Below the pieces are notes generated by a model. That model was not told the origin of the DNA, made no database searches, and saw only the letters and a program-made list of their open reading frames with translations. 35,389 nt of DNA, taken from assembly GCA_050695915.1 (NCBI GenBank), contig JBOGUK010000171.1, positions 1 through 35,389 of the forward strand, in the 5' to 3' direction. The stretch is from Anaerolineales bacterium (GTDB taxonomy: Bacteria > Chloroflexota > Anaerolineae > Anaerolineales > UBA11579). Shown here piece after piece: positions 24,699-31,945 of this stretch (its first letter is position 1; each line of letters opens with the position of its first letter). Position numbers and translations under genes: made by a program.

Positions 24699-26926
24699 CG
24701 CAAAGCATCGGCGTTTCCATTCCGCGTATTGATGCACGCGCCAAGGTAACGGGAGAAGCGCTTTATCCGGGGGATATCAATAAGCCAAATCAAGCTTACG
24801 CAAAGATTCTATTTGCTCGGAGCCCGCACGCCCGTATTCGGAGCATCGATACCCGCAAGGCTGAAGAACTGGATGGTGTCATCGCCATCTTCACGGCCAA
24901 TGATGTTCCTGTAAACGAGTACGGTTTGATTCTGCACGATCAACCGGTGTTGTGCGGCCCCGGTTCCGACAAACCTCATTCCGACCGTGTCCGTTTTGTT
25001 GGCGACCAGGTGGCTTTCATTGTGGCCGAAAGCGAGCAAGTCGCCGCAAAGGCCCGCGATCTGATCGTGGTCGATTACGAAGATCTTCCAGTGATCACCG
25101 ACCCCTTGAAGGCCCGCCGACCCGGTGCCGAACTCTTGCATCCGGAAACTGGTTCGAACGTATTTTGCCATTATCAAATCCGCCACGGCGACGTAAAGAA
25201 AGGATTCGCCGCCGCGGACGTGATCGTGGAAAGCGAATATCGAACGCCTGCGCAGGAGCATGCCTACTTGGCGCCCGAAGCCGGGCTTGGTTACATCGAT
25301 GAAGAAGGGCGTGTGACGGTGGAGGTGGCCGCGCAGTGGGCGCACGAAGAACGCATGGCCATTGCACATTCGCTCGGCTTACCGGAAGAAAAAGTGCGCG
25401 TGATCCATCCTGCCATTGGGGGCGCGTTTGGCGGGCGCGAAGACATGTCCATCCAGATCGTGCTGGCGTTGGCCGTTTGGCGGCTGGAGCAGCGCGGTAT
25501 CCGCCGCTCGGTGAAGATCATTTGGAGCCGGGCGGAATCGATCATCGGGCATCACAAACGTCACCCGTATATTATTCGCTCGAAATGGGGAGCGACCAAG
25601 GACGGCAAGATCGTCGCCGCGGAATCCGAAGTGATCGCGGATGGCGGCGCTTACGCCTACACCTCGACCAAGGTATTGGGGAACGCCACGCTGATGTGCA
25701 GCGGTCCCTATGTAATCCCCAACGTGAAAGTGGATTCCTATGCGGTGTATACGAACAATATCCCCGGCGGCGCGTTCCGCGGCTTCGGCGGACCGCAGGG
25801 CGCCTTTGCGGCCGAGACGCAGATGAACAAACTTGCCGGGGCGCTCAAGATGGATCCTATCGAGCTGCGCATGCGCAATGTGGCGAAGGACGGCGATCTG
25901 CTGGCAGTGAACACACCGATGCCATTGGGCGTGACGCTGGACAAAGTCATCCCCTCCGCGGCCAAGGCGGCAGGATGGCAAAAAGTAAATTCCAAATGGA
26001 AGCGATCGAAAAGCAAGGCGCGCTGGCCGAATGTTAAACCAAGCTCGAAGGCAATCAAGCGCGGTGTAGGGTTTGCCAGCGGATTTAAGAACGTCGGGTT
26101 TTCCTTTGGTTTTCCGGAACGCTGTTGGGCAACGATTGAATTGCATGGCGGCGCTGAGATTGAGCGCGTGGTGGCGCACCACGCCGGTTCAGACGTAGGG
26201 CAGGGCGCACACACAGTGTTCAAGCAACTGGCAGCAGAAGCAGTTGGCGTTTCCCTCGAGAAGGTGGAACTGGTACTGGCAGATACCGCAACCACCGGCG
26301 ATTCCGGAAGCGCATCTGCTTCGCGCATGACCTTCATGGGGGGCAACGCCATCAGAGGTGCCGCCGAGCTGGCGATGCAAAAATGGAATAACGAGGATCG
26401 CCCGGCGATCGCTGAGTTCAAATACGTTCCTCCAGCCACAACGCCGTATGACCCAAAGACAGGAGAATCCACACCGAACTTTGCTTACGGGTACGTGGCG
26501 GAGGCCGTTGCCGTGGAAGTGGACACGGAGACGGGGCATGTGCACATTTCTGACGTGATCTGCGCAGATGACGTGGGCAAGGCGATCAACCCGCAACAGA
26601 TCGAAGGGCAGATCGAGGGGGCCGTGGTGCAGGCGGCCGGGTACACGGTGCTGGAAAACTTTGTGCAGCTAGATGGGTACGTGAAAACGCAGTTCTTGTC
26701 GAATTACCTCATCCCCACAGTGATGGATGTTCCAGATCGCGTGAAGTCGATAATTCTTGAGTACCCCGATCACGTCGGCCCATGGGGGGTGAGGGGGATG
26801 GCAGAGATGCCGTATATCCCATTTGCCGCCGCGGTGATTGCCGCGGTACACGACGCAACGGGGGTGTGGATCGATGAGTTCCCGCTGATCCCTGAGCGCG
26901 TTCTGCGCGCCCTCGGCAAAATCTAG
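24695..26926 (+). CDS. XDH-family molybdopterin-binding (large) subunit
   Basis: 743 aa with IPRIDARAKVTGEALY at the N-terminus, GGAFGGRED, the xanthine-dehydrogenase-like FRGFGGPQG, and the catalytic Glu in GMAEMPY. Confidence 0.9.
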   Translation: MTQSIGVSIPRIDARAKVTGEALYPGDINKPNQAYAKILFARSPHARIRSIDTRKAEELDGVIAIFTANDVPVNEYGLILHDQPVLCGPGSDKPHSDRVRFVGDQVAFIVAESEQVAAKARDLIVVDYEDLPVITDPLKARRPGAELLHPETGSNVFCHYQIRHGDVKKGFAAADVIVESEYRTPAQEHAYLAPEAGLGYIDEEGRVTVEVAAQWAHEERMAIAHSLGLPEEKVRVIHPAIGGAFGGREDMSIQIVLALAVWRLEQRGIRRSVKIIWSRAESIIGHHKRHPYIIRSKWGATKDGKIVAAESEVIADGGAYAYTSTKVLGNATLMCSGPYVIPNVKVDSYAVYTNNIPGGAFRGFGGPQGAFAAETQMNKLAGALKMDPIELRMRNVAKDGDLLAVNTPMPLGVTLDKVIPSAAKAAGWQKVNSKWKRSKSKARWPNVKPSSKAIKRGVGFASGFKNVGFSFGFPERCWATIELHGGAEIERVVAHHAGSDVGQGAHTVFKQLAAEAVGVSLEKVELVLADTATTGDSGSASASRMTFMGGNAIRGAAELAMQKWNNEDRPAIAEFKYVPPATTPYDPKTGESTPNFAYGYVAEAVAVEVDTETGHVHISDVICADDVGKAINPQQIEGQIEGAVVQAAGYTVLENFVQLDGYVKTQFLSNYLIPTVMDVPDRVKSIILEYPDHVGPWGVRGMAEMPYIPFAAAVIAAVHDATGVWIDEFPLIPERVLRALGKI

Positions 26927-26933
26927 CGGACGA

Positions 26934-27824
26934 ATGTCCCTGCTCAATCTCCTTTATGGAGAGCGCCTGCCGTTGGATGAAGCTGCGCGCCGCGGCATGC
27001 CAGGCGGAACGGCCCGGCTAACAGATGGGGTGACTTATTATGAAATGTCAGGGGGAAAAGGAACTCCAGTTGTTCTAATTCACGGATTTTCCGTTCCCAA
27101 TTTCATCTGGGATCTCAATTTTTCAACGTTGGCCGAGGCCGGATTCCGGGTGGTACGCTACGATGTGTTTGGGCGAGGATATTCGGACCGGCCGAAGATC
27201 AGGAACGACAAAGCCCTCTTTGTCCGGCAGTTGGCTGATTTGTTGGATGCCCTGAAGATCGAACAAGCGGACCTTGTATCGCTTTCCATGGGCGCTGTGG
27301 TGGCTGCGGAATTTGCGTTTCGGTTTCCGAAGAGAGTGCGGAAGCTGGTCTTCATTGACCCAGCCGGTTTCGAACTGGCGCTGCCGTTTGCCTTTAGGCT
27401 GCTATACGTGCCCATGATCGGCGAGATGCTGCTCGGTATCCTGGGGTTGCTGGGCAGCCGCAGCCTGCTGCAAAGCATGCTCAACGATTTTTACGATCCC
27501 ACCGAAGAAGCGCGTAATTATTTTGTGCCGCGGTACCTGGAGCAAATGAAATTCCAGGGTTTCAAACGCTCGCTGCTCTCGACGCTGCGAGCCCGACTGT
27601 TGGAAGAAGACCTGACGCTGTTCAAAGGGCTAGGCGAGTTGCAGAAACCTGTTTTGCTCATCTGGGGCGAAGCCGATCCCACGGTGCCGTTTCGACATCA
27701 CGAAACATTCCTTAAACTGGTTCCACAAACCGAATTCCACGCGATCCAAAGGGCTGGACATATCCCGCACTTCGAAAGGCCGGAGGCGGTGAATCCACTG
27801 CTCGTCGGATTTCTGGCTCGCTAA
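26934..27824 (+). CDS. alpha/beta hydrolase
   Basis: 296 aa with VVLIHGFS, the nucleophile elbow SLSMGA and a C-terminal GHIPHFE histidine. It starts 7 nt after the Moco subunit stop. Confidence 0.8.
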   Translation: MSLLNLLYGERLPLDEAARRGMPGGTARLTDGVTYYEMSGGKGTPVVLIHGFSVPNFIWDLNFSTLAEAGFRVVRYDVFGRGYSDRPKIRNDKALFVRQLADLLDALKIEQADLVSLSMGAVVAAEFAFRFPKRVRKLVFIDPAGFELALPFAFRLLYVPMIGEMLLGILGLLGSRSLLQSMLNDFYDPTEEARNYFVPRYLEQMKFQGFKRSLLSTLRARLLEEDLTLFKGLGELQKPVLLIWGEADPTVPFRHHETFLKLVPQTEFHAIQRAGHIPHFERPEAVNPLLVGFLAR

Positions 27825-27848
27825 CCTAAGGTCTCTCTACCCTCCACT

Positions 27849-27854
27849 TATAAT
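27849..27854 (+). promoter_or_regulatory. candidate -10 box (TATAAT) for the yqeB operon, leaderless geometry
   Basis: CTTATAAT with 9 nt between the -10 box and the ATG at 27864. The same CTTATAAT context occurs at 22887-22894. Confidence 0.35.
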
Positions 27855-27863
27855 CGTTACCGC

Positions 27864-28673
27864 ATGTCAATTCCTGTGGTGATCCGTGGGGGAGGCGATC
27901 TGGCTTCCGGTGTGGCGCTGCGCCTGCATCGTGCGGGGATTCGTGTGGCGATCCTCGAATTGGAGAAACCATTGGCCGTGAGGCGCACGGTTTCTTTTGC
28001 TGAGGCTGTTTTTTCGGGGAGTGTCGAGATCGAGGGGGTTCGGGGGCGAAAGGCAGCAGATGCCAACCAGGGCGAAGGGTTTGCGAAAGGGGGCCAGATC
28101 CCTGTCCTCGTTGATCCCGATGGGGCACAGCTTGCGGCGTTGAGCCCGACTGCAATCATCGATGCGCGGATGACGAAAAAGCCGCCGGTGAACGCTTTCG
28201 ACGAAAGAGCACTGCTGGTCGGACTGGGGCCTGGATTTGTCGCCGGAGAGAATTGTGAAGCGGTTGTAGAAACCGTCCGCGGACATAGCCTTGGGCGCGT
28301 GTTTTGGGAAGGCAGCGCTCAGCCCGATACCGGGGTCCCCGGAACGATCGCTTCCTACAACCTGGATAGGGTTTTGCGCGCCCCAGCGGACGGAAATGTG
28401 AAAGCGGCGGCCGAAATCGGAGACAAACTTAGGGAAGGACAAATGATTGCAAGGGTCGGCGAAGCCCAACTCAAAGCACCGTTTGACGGCGTGCTGCGCG
28501 GTTTGGTTCATCCTTCGCTGAATGTGCACAAAGGGATGAAGATCGGGGATGTCGATCCGCGCAACGATCCGAGTTACTGCTGGCGTGTTTCTGACAAGGC
28601 CCTGGCCATCGGCGGCGGGGTGTTGGAAGCGCTGCTCATGCGCCTCGAAATCCGTCAGCAGCTTTGGTCATGA
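27864..28673 (+). CDS. yqeB: YqeB-family (short form) selenium-dependent molybdenum hydroxylase system protein
   Basis: 269 aa. VVIRGGGDLASGVALRLHRAGIRVAILELEKPLAVRRTVSFAEAVF matches the family N-terminus as I recall it (EF2563 / C-terminal half of E. coli YqeB). Confidence 0.75.
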   Translation: MSIPVVIRGGGDLASGVALRLHRAGIRVAILELEKPLAVRRTVSFAEAVFSGSVEIEGVRGRKAADANQGEGFAKGGQIPVLVDPDGAQLAALSPTAIIDARMTKKPPVNAFDERALLVGLGPGFVAGENCEAVVETVRGHSLGRVFWEGSAQPDTGVPGTIASYNLDRVLRAPADGNVKAAAEIGDKLREGQMIARVGEAQLKAPFDGVLRGLVHPSLNVHKGMKIGDVDPRNDPSYCWRVSDKALAIGGGVLEALLMRLEIRQQLWS

Positions 28674-29998
28674 TCGAATTGCGCCGCGCCCTGCGCCTGG
28701 AGAATGCTCCGCAAATTGCGTTTGTGGGTGCAGGGGGCAAAACGGCCACGATCTTCACCCTGGTAAGGCAATTTGATAAGCCGGTTCTGGTTACTTCCAG
28801 CACGCATTTCGCGACAGATCAGACGCAGTTTGGTGATCTGCATGTGGCGATCGATGGGGCTGCAGATATCGAAAAGATAAATGTTGATGAGTTGCCGGCT
28901 GTAACGGTATTGACAAGCAGCCGTTTTGAAGATGACCGTGTTGTTGGTTTGAGCATGGAGTCATTGAATGCCCTAAACGATTTCGCCAGGGTTCACGGCT
29001 TGCCGCTGATCATCGAAGCGGATGGGGCCCGCCGGCTGCCGCTGAAAGCGCCTGCCGTGCATGAGCCGGCCATTCCCGGTTTTGTGGAAACCGTGGTTGT
29101 GGTGACTGGACTCTCGGGATTGGGCAAGTCATTGAGCGAAGAATTTGTCCACCGCCCGGAGCGGTTCACGGAACTCAGTGGGTTAAAGCTTGGAGAACCA
29201 ATTACAGCAAACTTGGTTGCGAAGGTATTGCTGCACCCAAACGGCGGCTTGAAAAATGTACCGGCTGGAGCCCGCAAGATTGTGCTGCTCAATCAGGCGG
29301 ACACCCATGAATTAATTTCGGCAGGGCGCGGATTGGCAGAGGACCTGCTATCCGCATTCGACGCCGTATTGATTGCTTCACTTGAGATATCTCCCGACGT
29401 TGTGGCCGTGCACGAACGGGTTGCTGCGATCATTATGGCGGCCGGCGATTCAAAACGACTGGGGAAACCGAAGCAACTATTGGATTGGAAGGGGAAGCCA
29501 TTTGTGCGTGCCGTAGTGGAAACCGCGTTGGCTGCAAAGCTCGATCCCGTGATTGTGGTTACTGGGTCCAACTCCGATCAGGTGGGAGGAACGTTGGATG
29601 GGTTAAGGGTGGAAATTGTGAACAATCCGATTTGGCCGAATGGTCAAAGCACTTCCGTGAAAGCAGGGATAGCCGCTTTGCCGGCAAACGTTGGTGCGGC
29701 GCTCTTTATGGTAGTGGACCAGCCGCAGGTGCCTGTTTCCCTGATCGAGGCCCTGCGGGCTGAGCACTCGGACAGCCTGGTGCCCATCGTGGCGCCGATG
29801 GTGGATGGGCAGCGCAGCAACCCGGTGCTTTTCGACCGCGCAACGTTTGCTGATTTCGCTCAACTTGAAGGGGACGTGGGCGGCCGGGCGATCTTCTCGA
29901 AACACCAGGTGACCTGGCTGCCGTGGCTGGATGCTTCGCTGGCGATTGATGTGGACGTCCCCGAAGATTACGATCGGTTGCTGAGGCGGGCCGGATGA
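28670..29998 (+). CDS. fusion protein: YqeC-like P-loop accessory domain + MocA-type molybdenum cofactor cytidylyltransferase domain
   Basis: The N-terminal half has IAFVGAGGKTATIF...VLVTSSTHF (YqeC pattern). The C-terminal half has AAIIMAAGDSKRLGKPKQLL, NGQSTSVKAG and MVVDQP (MobA/MocA pattern). It is a single uninterrupted ORF. The ATG at 28670 overlaps the yqeB stop (ATGA). Confidence 0.8.
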   Translation: MIELRRALRLENAPQIAFVGAGGKTATIFTLVRQFDKPVLVTSSTHFATDQTQFGDLHVAIDGAADIEKINVDELPAVTVLTSSRFEDDRVVGLSMESLNALNDFARVHGLPLIIEADGARRLPLKAPAVHEPAIPGFVETVVVVTGLSGLGKSLSEEFVHRPERFTELSGLKLGEPITANLVAKVLLHPNGGLKNVPAGARKIVLLNQADTHELISAGRGLAEDLLSAFDAVLIASLEISPDVVAVHERVAAIIMAAGDSKRLGKPKQLLDWKGKPFVRAVVETALAAKLDPVIVVTGSNSDQVGGTLDGLRVEIVNNPIWPNGQSTSVKAGIAALPANVGAALFMVVDQPQVPVSLIEALRAEHSDSLVPIVAPMVDGQRSNPVLFDRATFADFAQLEGDVGGRAIFSKHQVTWLPWLDASLAIDVDVPEDYDRLLRRAG

Positions 29999-30582
29999 AG
30001 GGTTTTGTCCGCGCGTTTGTTGCACTTGAATTGCCCGCAGAAATCCAAAGCAGACTCAATGAAATCATTTCACATCTGAAACGCGACCTGGATGGTTTGC
30101 CGATGAGGTGGGTGAAGCCGGAGAACATTCACTTGACGTTGAAATTTATCGGTGATCTGGCCGAGGAACAAACTCAAGAAGTCAGCCATCTTGTGGAAAC
30201 GGAGGCGAAGGGGCAAAAGCCATTTGAAGTCGCGCTAAGCAAATTGGGCGTCTTTCCGGATGTGCGACGGCCGCGCGTGCTTTGGGTCGGGCTGCATGCG
30301 CCCCATGCGCTGCCGGATTTTCAACAGCGGCTTGAGCAAGGATTAGGCGCGATGGGATATGAGCGGGAACAACGACGCTTCTCGCCGCATCTCACGATGG
30401 CGCGTTTCAAGCGCAGCTTGAATCGGGCTGGATTAGACGCGTTGAGGTCATCACTCGAGAGAACGAACCTTAATCCCTCAGGTGGGATTGTAGATTCAAT
30501 TACATTATTCAAGAGCGAGCTAAAACCTGACGGCCCAGTATATAATCGTCTGGTTCAATTCAAACTCGAGGGACCCACCTAA
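29995..30582 (+). CDS. thpR: RNA 2',3'-cyclic phosphodiesterase (2H phosphoesterase, LigT/ThpR)
   Basis: 195 aa with two HxT motifs (HLTLKFIG and HLTMARF). The start overlaps the upstream stop (ATGA). Confidence 0.85.
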   Translation: MKGFVRAFVALELPAEIQSRLNEIISHLKRDLDGLPMRWVKPENIHLTLKFIGDLAEEQTQEVSHLVETEAKGQKPFEVALSKLGVFPDVRRPRVLWVGLHAPHALPDFQQRLEQGLGAMGYEREQRRFSPHLTMARFKRSLNRAGLDALRSSLERTNLNPSGGIVDSITLFKSELKPDGPVYNRLVQFKLEGPT

Positions 30583-30600
30583 GGAGGCAAACCACCCCGT

Positions 30601-30945
30601 TTGGAACCATTTGAACTAGCGCGCAGTATTGTGGAAGCCCTGGAGGACAAGAAGGGGGAAGACATCTTGCTTCTTGATCTCACAGAGCTCGCCCCGCTCA
30701 GTGACTATTTTGTAATCTGTTCAGGCAGCAGCGAACGTACGCTTAAGGGTCTCGTGGACGCGGTCGTGGAGGAGGCTCACGAGAGTTTCGACCTGAAACC
30801 TAGGCTTGAAGGCAAGCCAAGGGAAGGCTGGTTGCTCGCTGATTTTGGGAGTGTTGTGGTTCACGTGTTTTCGAACGCACAACGTGCGTATTACCAGCTT
30901 GAAGAGTTATGGTCGGATGCGAAGGTGTTACTGCACGTGCAGTAA
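30601..30945 (+). CDS. rsfS: ribosome silencing factor RsfS (iojap-like)
   Basis: 114 aa with EDKKGEDILLLDLTELAPLSDYFVICSGSSERTLKGL, typical of RsfS. It has a TTG start with GGAGG upstream. Confidence 0.85.
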   Translation: MEPFELARSIVEALEDKKGEDILLLDLTELAPLSDYFVICSGSSERTLKGLVDAVVEEAHESFDLKPRLEGKPREGWLLADFGSVVVHVFSNAQRAYYQLEELWSDAKVLLHVQ

Positions 30946-31046
30946 AGATCTTATGTTTAAGGTTTAATGTTGATAGTTAGGAAGATGGTTGTTGAATTAG
31001 GTATGGTTTGCCAATTTCGCCAACACGATAAGAATTTGGTATCGAC

Positions 31047-31406
31047 CTAAGGTAATTGATTAACCCATATATCTGCTTTTGAACACTTTTCCGCGAGCTC
31101 AATAACCTGACTGACTTGCGCGTGCGACACATATCCCAAATCAAAGGCCACAATACAATTGGGAACGAACTTCGCCCGCCGAGGCCTTTGCGTTTCCAAG
31201 GTAATCTAAGAATTTAGACTGTGTTTGAGATTCGAAGCCCTCAGTAATATTGCTCATTGTAGAAACTGCTGCACGGCATATTTGAATTCCTAAGACCATA
31301 ATCAGTCTGCATTTCTCCAGTTTTGGCGAACCTATAAATCCAACCTACCAATTCGCGGGCCGAATTCCAGCATTCCAAATCTTCGGATCTCCCTTGCCGA
31401 CGTCAT
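31047..31406 (-). pseudogene. frameshifted four-helix-bundle protein gene (23S rRNA intervening-sequence protein family)
   Basis: Three minus-strand frames read in order [33 protein letters not shown] / [47 protein letters not shown] / [33 protein letters not shown]. Together they are collinear with the family pattern (DLxVW...NIAEG...GSxxE...LGYI). The candidate ATG at 31406 lies in yet another frame. Confidence 0.6.
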
Positions 31407-31456
31407 CTAACCCTCTTATTTTGAATAACCCAACCTTAAACATTCACTCTCAAACC

Positions 31457-31915
31457 TTAAACCTGCTCTTCGTATAACCAGTGATCGAGATCCCGTTTCC
31501 AAGAAACCAGTTCGTTTTCATCGAACCAAAGCGTGACTTCCTGCTCGCCGCGCTCAGGTTTATCGGAGGCGTGTGTGAGGTTGCGGCCAATCTGTAAAGC
31601 AAAATCGTGGCGCAGGCTTCCGGGCGCGGCCTCGGTCGGCTTGGTGGCGCCCATCGTCTGGCGGATGGCCGCCACTGCATCGGGGCCTTCCCAAACCATC
31701 GCCATTACTGGTGCGGAGGTAATATATTCAATGAGTCCGCTATAGAAAGGTTTCCCCTTGTGTTCAGCATAATGATTTTCGGCCAAATCTTTGCTGACAT
31801 TCAAAAACTTTGACGCGATAAGCCGCAGGCCGCGGCGTTCCAAGCGTGTAATTACCTCGCCAATCAAGCCACGTTGCACCCCATCTGGTTTCACCAGCAC
31901 CAAACTACGTTCCAA
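31457..31915 (-). CDS. ndk: nucleoside-diphosphate kinase
   Basis: 152 aa with MERSLVLVKPDGVQRGLIGEVI and NLTHASD (NxxHGSD-like). Confidence 0.95.
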   Translation of the reverse strand: MERSLVLVKPDGVQRGLIGEVITRLERRGLRLIASKFLNVSKDLAENHYAEHKGKPFYSGLIEYITSAPVMAMVWEGPDAVAAIRQTMGATKPTEAAPGSLRHDFALQIGRNLTHASDKPERGEQEVTLWFDENELVSWKRDLDHWLYEEQV

Positions 31916-31945
31916 TGTTCCTCCGTGTTCTTACGTAGTTGTTTG

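Noticed and set aside
25379-26472. 267-aa and 244-aa minus-strand ORFs inside the 743-aa Moco subunit gene
   Set aside because: They are shadow ORFs; the plus strand carries all the XDH-family motifs.
15092-26926. Selenocysteine (in-frame TGA) recoding in the hydroxylase genes
   Set aside because: All subunit genes are single uninterrupted ORFs, with no adjacent split ORFs separated by TGA. The SDMH hypothesis concerns a labile Se ligand, not Sec, so none is expected.
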